Source: Pelagibacteraceae bacterium (GTDB lineage Bacteria; Pseudomonadota; Alphaproteobacteria; GCA-002720895). Taken from it: a DNA stretch of 64,000 bases. The position numbers and the translations under genes were made by a program. The notes beneath the pieces were generated by a model that worked only from the letters and a program-made list of their open reading frames with translations, made no database searches and had not been told where the DNA came from. Within the stretch, counting starts at the first letter, position 1, and the number at the start of each line of letters is the position of its first letter. The DNA is taken from assembly GCA_002717245.1 (NCBI GenBank), contig PBCY01000019.1:19970-83969 (forward strand), written 5' to 3'. Below, one piece after another: positions 31,356 to 39,101 of the stretch.

Positions 31356-31820
31356 TCAATTAATATTAACAATTTTTAAATTTAAATCTCCTTTTGGAAC
31401 TGAAATTTTAATTATATCCCCAATACTTTTATTCATTAAACCTTTTCCTATAGGGGAATTAAATGAAATTTTATTTTTTTCTAAATCTGCTTCATCCTCT
31501 CCTACCAACTGATATTTTAATTTAGTATTTTCATCAATATTTAATAATTCAACTGTACAACCAAAAATAACCTCGTTTTTAGTTTCTTTTTTATTATCAA
31601 TAATTTCTGAATTACCTAACTTGAATTCAATATCCTTTATTCTAGCTTCATTCATTCCTTGTTGTTCTCTTGCAGCATGATATTCAGCATTTTCTTTTAA
31701 ATCACCATGCTCTCTTGCTTCAGCTATAGCTTTAATAATTTTTGGCCTTTCTAATTTCAAGTTTCTTAATTCTTCTTGAAGTTTTTTTTCGCCGTCTTTA
31801 GTTAATGGTGTTTTATCCAT
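31356..31820 (-). CDS. greA: transcription elongation factor GreA
   Basis: 154 aa with [18 protein letters not shown]...[30 protein letters not shown], the canonical GreA N-terminal coiled coil. Its stop codon is 1 nt from the 3' end of the convergent tRNA-Cys. Confidence 0.95.
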   Translation of the reverse strand: MDKTPLTKDGEKKLQEELRNLKLERPKIIKAIAEAREHGDLKENAEYHAAREQQGMNEARIKDIEFKLGNSEIIDNKKETKNEVIFGCTVELLNIDENTKLKYQLVGEDEADLEKNKISFNSPIGKGLMNKSIGDIIKISVPKGDLNLKIVNIN

Positions 31821-31826
31821 ATTTAT

Positions 31827-32120
31827 TTAAATTAAAAATTTTACTTTATTTTTATATTCTAAATGTGAAATTTTCCTTCTTTTTTCAATGTTAAAAATTA
31901 TTTTATAAAAATTCTTTTTTTCATTAGATAAATCATTAAAAATTAATTTAACAGTTTGATAATGATATTTTTTTTTTGCAAAAGAAAAATTTTTCAACAA
32001 ATCCAAACCAGTATTTTTACTTTTTTTGGAAAAAATAAAAAAATTGTTTTTAACTAAAAAAATAAAAAAAACTGAATAAAAAGCAGTTCTTTTAAAAAAA
32101 AATCTTTTATTTATATTCAT
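31827..32120 (-). CDS. hypothetical small basic protein (coding status uncertain)
   Basis: 97-aa ORF 6 nt upstream of greA. Very K/F/N-rich with one possible N-terminal hydrophobic segment. No recognisable motif. An open frame this long is unusual in sequence this AT-rich, but the composition is low-complexity. Confidence 0.35.
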   Translation of the reverse strand: MNINKRFFFKRTAFYSVFFIFLVKNNFFIFSKKSKNTGLDLLKNFSFAKKKYHYQTVKLIFNDLSNEKKNFYKIIFNIEKRRKISHLEYKNKVKFLI

Positions 32121-32202
32121 ATTTATAGGTTTATTTATACTATATAAGTAATACTATAAATTCTAAAAAAAATTGTTAGAATTTTTGTAATTTTTTTTAT
32201 GA

Positions 32203-32278
32203 TCCCGGGTAGCTCAGTTGGTAGAGCGGCTGACTGTTAATCAGCTTGTCGGGGGTTCGAGTCCCTCCCCGGGAGCCA
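32203..32278 (+). tRNA. tRNA-Asn (anticodon GUU)
   Basis: TCCCGGG TA GCTC AGTTGGTA GAGC G GCTGA CTGTTAA TCAGC TTGTC GGGGG TTCGAGT CCCTC CCCGGGA G CCA. CCA is encoded. Confidence 0.93.
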
Positions 32279-32286
32279 AATTAAAT

Positions 32287-33291
32287 ATGAAAACTGAAAA
32301 TAATTTTACTAAATTAATTGGAAACACTCCTCTTATTAAACTAGAAAAAGCTTCGAAAATAACAAAATGTAATATTTTGGGTAAGGCTGAATTTCTTAAC
32401 CCAGGTCAATCGGTTAAAGATAGAGCTGCATTATTCATAATTAAAGATGCAATTAAAAAAAAAAAATTAAAAAAAAATGGAATAATTGTAGAAGGCACAG
32501 CGGGAAATACTGGAATTGGTTTAACATTAGTGGGAAATTCCTTTGGATTTAAATCGGTAATAGTAATGCCTAAAACTCAAAGCGAAGAAAAAAAAAATGA
32601 ATTAAGATCTTATGGCGCAGAATTAAATTTAGTACCTGCAGTGCCGTATAGTAATCCTAAAAATTATGTAAGGTATTCAGAGACATTAGCCAATAAAATT
32701 AAAAAAGAAAATAAAAATAAGAGTGTTTTTTGGGCAAACCAGTTTGATAATTTATCTAATTTCAAAGCACATTATCAAACAACGGGTCCTGAAATATGGA
32801 AAGATACTAAAGGAAAAATTGATGGTTTTGTATGTGCTGTTGGAACTGGTGGAACTCTAGCTGGAACAGGAGCTTTTTTAAAAAAAAAAAATAAAAAAAT
32901 AAAAATTGGAATAGTTGATCCTATGGGTTCTGCTTTATACAACTTTTATAAAAATGGAGAACTTAAAATTAAAGGAACATCTATAACAGAAGGTATAGGA
33001 CAAAGTAGAATTACAGAAAACCTGAAAAAAGCAGAAATTGATGAAAGTTTTCAAGTTAATGACAAGGATGCGCTTAAAATTATTTTTAATTTATTAAAAG
33101 AAGAAGGTTTGGTTATGGGTGGTTCTACTGGAATTAATATAAATGGTGCAATGCAATTAGCAAAAAAACTAGGACCAGGATCAACAATTGTCACAATATT
33201 ATGTGATTATGGCACAAGATATTTTAGTAAGGTTTATAATAAAAAATTCTTAAGAAGTAAAAAATTACCTGTACCGGATTGGTTAAAATGA
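32287..33291 (+). CDS. PLP-dependent cysteine synthase / cystathionine beta-synthase-family enzyme (no Bateman CBS domains)
   Basis: The ORF-track start at 32218 reads through tRNA-Asn. The first plausible ATG is 32287 (MKTENNF...). Motifs include NPGQSVKDRAA (PLP lysine), GTAGNTGIG and AVGTGGTLAG. ITEGIGQSRI and LCDYGTRYFSKVYN look more CBS-like than CysK-like. Confidence 0.85.
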   Translation: MKTENNFTKLIGNTPLIKLEKASKITKCNILGKAEFLNPGQSVKDRAALFIIKDAIKKKKLKKNGIIVEGTAGNTGIGLTLVGNSFGFKSVIVMPKTQSEEKKNELRSYGAELNLVPAVPYSNPKNYVRYSETLANKIKKENKNKSVFWANQFDNLSNFKAHYQTTGPEIWKDTKGKIDGFVCAVGTGGTLAGTGAFLKKKNKKIKIGIVDPMGSALYNFYKNGELKIKGTSITEGIGQSRITENLKKAEIDESFQVNDKDALKIIFNLLKEEGLVMGGSTGININGAMQLAKKLGPGSTIVTILCDYGTRYFSKVYNKKFLRSKKLPVPDWLK

Positions 33292-34130
33292 ATCAGTTAG
33301 TAGAAATAAATTGGCTAAAAAAAAATTTAAATAATTCAAATATCAAAATAATTGATGGGACTTGGCATATGCCAGGAGCTTCAATAAATGCATTTGATTT
33401 TTTTAAAGAAAAACATATTCCTAATGCTATTTTTTTAGATCTTGAAAGTATTTCAGATCCTGAATCTGAATTACCTCATATGATGCCTAAAGAAAATTAT
33501 TTTTCTAAAAAAATTTCATCCTTAGGAATTAATAATAATGATGATTTAATAATTTATGACATGTATGGAATGTTTTCAGCTGCTAGAATTTGGTTCATGT
33601 TTAAAGCTTTTGGGCATAAAAATGTAAGTTTGTTAAACGGTGGTTTTCCTGCTTGGATGAATTCTAATGGAGAAATTTCAAATAAAATTAATACTTTTAA
33701 ACCTTCAAACTATAAAGCAATTTTAAATAAAAATTTAATTGTAAATTATAATGATGTTTTAAAAAATATATCAAATGAAGAATGTGAAATATTAGATGCC
33801 AGGTCACCTGATCGTTATTTAGGTATTTCTGAAGAACCAAGGCAAGATGTTAAATCGGGACATATACCTAAAAGTAAAAATTTATTCTTTAATGATTTAA
33901 TAGACCAAGATTCAAAAAAATTTCTTAAAGAAGAAGAAATAAAGTTTTTAATTGAAAAATCTGAAATAGATCTAAAAAAAGATATTATTTGTTCATGTGG
34001 TTCTGGTGTTACTGCTTGTATATTAAAATTTGCCATAGAATTAATTTATAAAAATAAAAATATTAAAATTTATGATGGTTCATGGTCAGAATGGGGAACT
34101 AGAAAGGATAGTCCGTGTGAAAAAGGTTAA
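33288..34130 (+). CDS. sseA: 3-mercaptopyruvate sulfurtransferase (tandem rhodanese domains)
   Basis: The active-site loop CSCGSGVTA matches the CG(S/T)GVTA signature of 3-mercaptopyruvate sulfurtransferases rather than the CRKGVTA of thiosulfate rhodaneses. ATG at 33288 forms an ATGA overlap with the upstream stop. The ORF track uses TTG at 33279. Confidence 0.85.
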   Translation: MNQLVEINWLKKNLNNSNIKIIDGTWHMPGASINAFDFFKEKHIPNAIFLDLESISDPESELPHMMPKENYFSKKISSLGINNNDDLIIYDMYGMFSAARIWFMFKAFGHKNVSLLNGGFPAWMNSNGEISNKINTFKPSNYKAILNKNLIVNYNDVLKNISNEECEILDARSPDRYLGISEEPRQDVKSGHIPKSKNLFFNDLIDQDSKKFLKEEEIKFLIEKSEIDLKKDIICSCGSGVTACILKFAIELIYKNKNIKIYDGSWSEWGTRKDSPCEKG

Positions 34131-35280
34131 AAAAAATACAAAATTAACTTTAGCTGGAAGAAAACCTTTTGAAAATTATGGAATTGTTAATCCTCCAGTA
34201 TACAGAACTTCTACAGTTCTATTTGAAAATACAAAAGAATTAGGTAAAGCAATTAAAAATAGATTTAATCGAACATACTATGGAAGATATGGCACGCCAA
34301 CAACTTTTGCTTTAGAAGAAGGAATTGCAGAAATAGAAAATGGGCATAAAACAATTGCTACATCATCAGGAATGTCGTCAATATCAATTTCTTTATTATC
34401 TTTTTTATCTAAAAATGATCATTGTTTAATTTCAGATTGCACATACTATCCCACAAAAAAATTTGCAGTAAAGATGCTACTAAAGTTTGGTGTAAATGTT
34501 GATTTTTATGACCCAAAAAATATTAATAGCATAAAAAACAAAATTAATAAAAAAACAAAAATAATTTTTATGGAATCCCCTTCTTCACTCACATTTGAAA
34601 TTGAAGATATGTCTGCAATAATAAAAATAGCAAAAAAGAAAAAAATATTAACTATAATAGATAATAGTTGGGCTACTCCTTTATATTTTTCTCCCATACG
34701 TCAAGGAATAGATATTTCTATTTTAGCCGCTACAAAATATATTAGCGGACATGCTGATAATATGCTTGGGCTTATAACAGTTAAAAACGAGAAACTATTT
34801 CTACAAATTAAAGATACTGCGGTTAATTTAGGAGATTGTCCTGGGCCTCAAGAATGTTACCTTGGATTACGCGGTTTAAGAACATTATCAGCAAGATTAG
34901 AAAGGCATAGATCTAATGCTTTAAAAATAGCGAGGTTGCTTGAAAATAATAATAAAGTATTAAAAGTATTTCATCCTGCTTTACCAAATAATGATAACTA
35001 TACTCTTTGGTGTAAATATTTCTCTGGATCAACGGGATTATTTTCTTTTATTTTAAAAGAACAATCTAAAAATGTTATTTACAAAATGATAGATAAATTA
35101 AAACTTTTTAAATTAGGATTTAGTTGGGGCGGATATGAGAGTTTAATTTTGCCAGTTTTTCCTAAAAATGAAAGAAAAATTGCAAAATGGAAAGAAAAAG
35201 GTATTCTTCTAAGAATTCATATAGGTCTAGAGGATGTTGATGATTTAACTAAAGATTTATTCCAAGCTTTCAAACTATAG
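34117..35280 (+). CDS. metC: cystathionine beta-lyase
   Basis: YGRYGTPTTFALEE corresponds to the MetC-typical YGRRGT, and AATKYISGHADNMLG holds the PLP lysine. The N-terminus KKNTKLTLAGRK aligns with the E. coli MetC start. I prefer GTG at 34117, preceded by AAAGGA 8 nt upstream. The ORF track begins at 34072, a 59-nt overlap with sseA. Confidence 0.82.
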   Translation: MKKVKKNTKLTLAGRKPFENYGIVNPPVYRTSTVLFENTKELGKAIKNRFNRTYYGRYGTPTTFALEEGIAEIENGHKTIATSSGMSSISISLLSFLSKNDHCLISDCTYYPTKKFAVKMLLKFGVNVDFYDPKNINSIKNKINKKTKIIFMESPSSLTFEIEDMSAIIKIAKKKKILTIIDNSWATPLYFSPIRQGIDISILAATKYISGHADNMLGLITVKNEKLFLQIKDTAVNLGDCPGPQECYLGLRGLRTLSARLERHRSNALKIARLLENNNKVLKVFHPALPNNDNYTLWCKYFSGSTGLFSFILKEQSKNVIYKMIDKLKLFKLGFSWGGYESLILPVFPKNERKIAKWKEKGILLRIHIGLEDVDDLTKDLFQAFKL

Positions 35281-35357
35281 TGGTGCGCCCTGGAGGATTC
35301 GAACCTCCGACCCTCGGTTTAGAAAACCGATGCTCTATCCAACTGAGCTAAGGGCGC
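35281..35357 (-). tRNA. tRNA-Arg (anticodon UCU)
   Basis: Reverse complement: GCGCCCT TA GCTC AGTTGGATA GAGC A TCGGT TTTCTAA ACCGA GGGTC GGAGG TTCGAAT CCTCC AGGGCGC A CCA. Its 3' end abuts the metC stop codon with 0 nt spacer. Confidence 0.93.
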
Positions 35358-35373
35358 TCTAAATAAGAAAAAA

Positions 35374-35667
35374 TTATTTTAGTCTATTATATTTAAAATT
35401 ATCAGAATAACTTTTAATTTTAAATTTTTTTTCTTTATCTTTTATTAAAATATAATCTAACTTATTTTTTTCAACATACTGAATTGCTTGATCTAAACTT
35501 TTAAATTTTAACTGTACTTGCTTATATGTGTTATCTGATTTTTGCCAACCCATTAAAGGTTCTGAACCTAAATTATTATCTTTAGGAAATTCAACAATCC
35601 AATACTTGAATTTATGTAATCCCGATTGACTTGCTGTTTTATATGGCTTATAAATTTTAACTTTCAT
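35374..35667 (-). CDS. NDUFS4-like protein (ETC complex I subunit conserved region, PF04800-type)
   Basis: 97 aa from the ATG at 35667. The ORF-track N-terminus runs through tRNA-Pro. VKIYKPYKTASQSG...WIVEF...PLMGWQKSDNT...LKFKSLDQAIQYVEKNKLDY...KSYSDNF matches the conserved NDUFS4/AQDQ pattern found as about 100-aa proteins in alphaproteobacteria. Confidence 0.85.
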   Translation of the reverse strand: MKVKIYKPYKTASQSGLHKFKYWIVEFPKDNNLGSEPLMGWQKSDNTYKQVQLKFKSLDQAIQYVEKNKLDYILIKDKEKKFKIKSYSDNFKYNRLK

Positions 35668-35675
35668 TTTATTAA

Positions 35676-35752
<77 letters not shown>

Positions 35753-35810
35753 ATACTTATAAACTTAAATAAGACTAACATATTTAAAAATCAATAATTA
35801 AAAAAAAAGT

Positions 35811-36557
35811 TTAGATTTTTTTAAGTCTTAAATTAATAGAAAAAATATATATAAATAAAAAAAGAGCAATATAAAGTTCTATTATTTCGCTAGTTCTAAA
35901 TAAAAGTAATACAGGTATATGTTTACAAGTTATATCAATGCCTGGCTTTCCGTAACATAAAATCTTGTATGAATTATCTAGTAAATAAAAAAATAAACAA
36001 ATTATTGAAGCTGGGAAGCAATAGATATTTGGTAAAATCCAATACTTTAATTTTTCTTTATTACTATTCTTTGAAAAAAAAGGACAAAATACTCCTCCGA
36101 CTAAAACAAATATAGTTAATAATATTCTAGGTTTTTGGTCAAACCAACTGCTTATATTATGAAAATTTGTTTCAGATGTATCATTTATATATTGATCATT
36201 ATATTTATCAAAAAAATTATTAGCCTCCCAATGAAACCAGTGTTGTCCCCAATTAATTTCTTCACCTCCAAAATAAATTAATCCTAGAGTAAAAAAAAAA
36301 TAAATTATAAATAAGTTTTTTTTTTTTATTTTTTGTTTTATTAAATTCAATGTAGAAAAAGAAATTAGTGTTGCAAAAAATAAAATAGCAAATGTTCCGT
36401 TTTCAATTAATCCATCTTCGCCTTGAAAAAAATTAAAGAAAAGTTCTGTATAAAAATGTTTAAAAACCAATAAAATTAAAAATATTAGTATTGGTAAATA
36501 TAACCAAAAAAAAGTAAAAGAATTATAGCTTTTAAAATTTTTAATAATTTGAAACAT
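35811..36557 (-). CDS. hypothetical multi-pass membrane protein
   Basis: 248 aa, about 6-7 hydrophobic helices. Acidic loop motifs GEDGLIENGT and GGEEINWGQHWFHWE. No family recognised. Very low GC. Confidence 0.55.
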   Translation of the reverse strand: MFQIIKNFKSYNSFTFFWLYLPILIFLILLVFKHFYTELFFNFFQGEDGLIENGTFAILFFATLISFSTLNLIKQKIKKKNLFIIYFFFTLGLIYFGGEEINWGQHWFHWEANNFFDKYNDQYINDTSETNFHNISSWFDQKPRILLTIFVLVGGVFCPFFSKNSNKEKLKYWILPNIYCFPASIICLFFYLLDNSYKILCYGKPGIDITCKHIPVLLLFRTSEIIELYIALFLFIYIFSINLRLKKI

Positions 36558-36593
36558 ATATAATTATTAATAATATTAATAAATTAAACAAAA

Positions 36594-37565
36594 ATGTATA
36601 AAAATAAAAAAATATATGTTGCTCCAATGATGCAATATACGGATAAGCATGATAGATACTTTCTAAGATTAATATCGAAAAATGTTGTTCTTTTTACTGA
36701 AATGATACCTACAAATGCAATTATACATGGTGACAAAAAAAAATTATTAGAATATTCCAAAAAAGAACATCCTATTATACTCCAGCTTGGTGGAAGTAAC
36801 CCCAAAGAAATGGCTATTTGCGCAAAAGTTGCAGAAAATAAATTTGGTTATGATGGAATAAATATTAATGTTGGCTGTCCAAGTAAAAAAGTTGAAAACG
36901 GTATGTTTGGCGCATGTTTAATGGACAAGCCTAAAATTGTAAGCGATTGTATAAAAGAAATAAAAAAAAATTCTAATATTCCTGTTTCAGTAAAATGTAG
37001 AATAGGTTTAGGAAAAAAACAAAATTATTTATTTTTAAAAAAATTTATTCTATGTGTATCAAAAGCAGGATGTAAAAAATTTTTTATACATGCAAGAAAT
37101 GCTATTTTATCAGGATTAAATCCAAAAAAAAATCGTACAATCCCGACATTAAATTATCAATTTGTTTATAATATTAAAAAAGAATTTCCAAATCTTGAAG
37201 TTACAATTAATGGTGGCATTGATAATATTAAATCAATAAAAAAACACTTAAAATATGTTGACGGTGTAATGATAGGAAGAGAAATATATAAAAATCCCTA
37301 TTTTTTAAAAGAAATTGAAGAAGAAATTTTTAGTAATAAAAAATGTTATACAAGAAAAAAGATTCTTGAAGAACTAGTTCCATATATTGAAAGTGAAATT
37401 GAAAATAATAAGGCTAGCATACAATCAATAACAAGGCATACCTTTGGTCTTTTTACTGGTATGAAAGGATCAAAAAAATGGAAACAATATTTAAATAAAA
37501 TAAATCACATGAAAGGAGATGTTAAAGATATTATTTTAGAAGGTGCAAAAAATATTTATGAATAA
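36594..37565 (+). CDS. dusA: tRNA-dihydrouridine synthase A
   Basis: 323 aa with VAPMMQYTDKHDRYFLRL (DusA-specific N-terminus), QLGGSNP, INVGCPS and a TIM-barrel FMN-site pattern. Confidence 0.9.
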   Translation: MYKNKKIYVAPMMQYTDKHDRYFLRLISKNVVLFTEMIPTNAIIHGDKKKLLEYSKKEHPIILQLGGSNPKEMAICAKVAENKFGYDGININVGCPSKKVENGMFGACLMDKPKIVSDCIKEIKKNSNIPVSVKCRIGLGKKQNYLFLKKFILCVSKAGCKKFFIHARNAILSGLNPKKNRTIPTLNYQFVYNIKKEFPNLEVTINGGIDNIKSIKKHLKYVDGVMIGREIYKNPYFLKEIEEEIFSNKKCYTRKKILEELVPYIESEIENNKASIQSITRHTFGLFTGMKGSKKWKQYLNKINHMKGDVKDIILEGAKNIYE

Positions 37566-37824
37566 AAATTACGAAATAATAATATATACATCAAATGACT
37601 GTAATTTTTGCAACTCAGCTAAGGAATTACTTAAAAACAAAAAGTTAACTTATAAAGAAATAAATATTTCTAAAGATCAAAATTTGAAAAAAGAAATGTT
37701 AGATAAAACAAATGGACTTATGACAGTTCCTCAAATTTTTATTAATTCTAAACATATTGGCGGTTATGACGAACTAAATAAACTCGAAACAACTAAAAAA
37801 CTTGACGATATAATTAATAAATAA
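37558..37824 (+). CDS. grxC: glutaredoxin (GrxC-like) with an unusual CNFC active site
   Basis: About 88 aa with IIIYTSNDCNFCNSAKELL...TVPQIFINSKHIGGYDEL, a classic Grx fold pattern. ATG at 37558 overlaps the dusA stop by 8 nt. The ORF track uses GTG at 37543. Confidence 0.85.
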   Translation: MNKNYEIIIYTSNDCNFCNSAKELLKNKKLTYKEINISKDQNLKKEMLDKTNGLMTVPQIFINSKHIGGYDELNKLETTKKLDDIINK

Positions 37825-37829
37825 ATTTT

Positions 37830-39101
37830 ATGATTTCTTTAAAAAAATTTATTTTAAAAAAAGAACTTTATTTTCTTTATTTTTTTTTATTACTAGCAAT
37901 TTTTAATAATGTTTCCCATTTTATTAAAAAAAATTTATTTGGTGACAGAGTTGATTTCTGGGATTTTCATGTTTACTGGTGTTCTGCAACTAAGTTTGTT
38001 AATGGCATAAGTCCTTATGGAGGTGAAACAATAAAAAATTGTTTATCTCAATTTAATTTTGACTTATATTTTTCATACCCTCCTATAATACTTAAATTTT
38101 TATCATTTTTAGGTTATTTTGAATTTAATACAGCAAAAATTATTTGGATTACAATAATCGTATCTTCTTTTTTTATAATTATCTTTTGTCTAAAAAAAAT
38201 CTACAAAATACCAAAAATTTTTATTTTTACACTAATATTAATTTTTACTGGAGGTGGATTAATTTGGAGCGCATTATTGGCAGGAAATATTTCCGTTATA
38301 CTTTATGCAATTTTATCTGTAGCTATTTATTACTATTTAAAAAAAAAAACTAGTATTTACTATTTATTAATATCTATAATATCTTTAGTTAAATTCCCAT
38401 TTTTAGTTTTTTTTGCTCTTCCTATTTTTCAATTTGGTATTAAAAATATTATTAATTCTAATACAAACGAAATGAAAAAAATTATTTTTTATTTCTTTCT
38501 AACTTTATTTATTTATTTTTTACAGTTTCAATTTAATAAAGAACTTTTCATAGATTTTATTAATTCAACGATATCCTATAAAAGTGATGGATTCTTATTA
38601 ATTCATGGTACAGGAATAGGTATTCATGGAATTATTGATTTATATCAAAATATTTTATATGAAAATTATAATTTAAATATATTTAACCCCTCTGGATTTT
38701 TATCTTTTTTAATACACATTTTTATTTCTGGTACAATTTTTCTTTCAGCGTACTTTTTATTTCATGATAATTGGAAAAATAATAAATTAGATGAAATTAA
38801 AGTCGCTAATAAACAAAACAAATTACTAATTTCTTTTTTTATTGCTATTTTCATATGTTGTTTCCCAAGAATTTCTTCATATGACTTCTTTTTATTAATT
38901 TCCTCTTTCTTTTATGTTATGAGAAATTCTAGAATAAAATTATTAAGTTCAAATTGGAATTTAATTGCAACTCTATTAACAATATCTGTTTTAGCAGTTT
39001 ACGATACAAGATATCCAGCTTTTGTAATATCTTCTTTTCTATTCTTGTTTTTTTATTTACAAATAACTAATAAAGATCCTTTTTTTTTAAAAAAGAATTA
39101 A
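37830..39101 (+). CDS. polytopic membrane protein, probable GT-C-type (DUF2029/GT87-like) glycosyltransferase
   Basis: 423 aa, at least 10 TM helices. An acidic motif in the first loop (GDRVDFWDFHVYW) resembles the DUF2029/GT87 family as I remember it. Convergent with and overlapping a DPM1-like GT2 gene. Extremely AT-rich. Confidence 0.5.
   Translation: MISLKKFILKKELYFLYFFLLLAIFNNVSHFIKKNLFGDRVDFWDFHVYWCSATKFVNGISPYGGETIKNCLSQFNFDLYFSYPPIILKFLSFLGYFEFNTAKIIWITIIVSSFFIIIFCLKKIYKIPKIFIFTLILIFTGGGLIWSALLAGNISVILYAILSVAIYYYLKKKTSIYYLLISIISLVKFPFLVFFALPIFQFGIKNIINSNTNEMKKIIFYFFLTLFIYFLQFQFNKELFIDFINSTISYKSDGFLLIHGTGIGIHGIIDLYQNILYENYNLNIFNPSGFLSFLIHIFISGTIFLSAYFLFHDNWKNNKLDEIKVANKQNKLLISFFIAIFICCFPRISSYDFFLLISSFFYVMRNSRIKLLSSNWNLIATLLTISVLAVYDTRYPAFVISSFLFLFFYLQITNKDPFFLKKN

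Noticed and set aside
31279-31512. 77-aa ORF starting MARWQSGYAEACKALYIGSIPVRAS
   Set aside because: Its first 25 codons are simply tRNA-Cys read as protein, and the rest is antisense to greA.
32121-32202. Sigma70-like -35/-10 hexamers upstream of tRNA-Asn, and similarly upstream of tRNA-Pro and tRNA-Cys
   Set aside because: Several TTGnnn/TAnnnT combinations exist. Their spacing would place the transcription start inside the tRNA, or the matches are only 3-4 of 6. In DNA with 75-80% A+T such matches are not informative, so I did not call them.
32218-32286. N-terminal extension of the cysteine-synthase-like ORF (MVERLTVNQLVGGSSPSPGAKLN). The analogous extension at 35668-35724 (MLWEQDVGGSNPLAPTINK) and ORF 39711-39920 belong to the same class.
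   Set aside because: These segments are tRNA-Asn, tRNA-Pro and tRNA-Glu sequences translated in frame. The true starts are the first ATG after each tRNA.
36594-36700. The 5' end of dusA as a known integration hotspot for DusA-specific integrases and genomic islands
   Set aside because: dusA is intact from its N-terminus. No integrase, direct repeat of the dusA 5' end or foreign gene block is adjacent.
36584-36805. 73-aa minus-strand ORF overlapping the dusA start
   Set aside because: It is antisense to the well-conserved DusA N-terminus and has no motifs. Accepting it would remove the short divergent intergenic region without any support.
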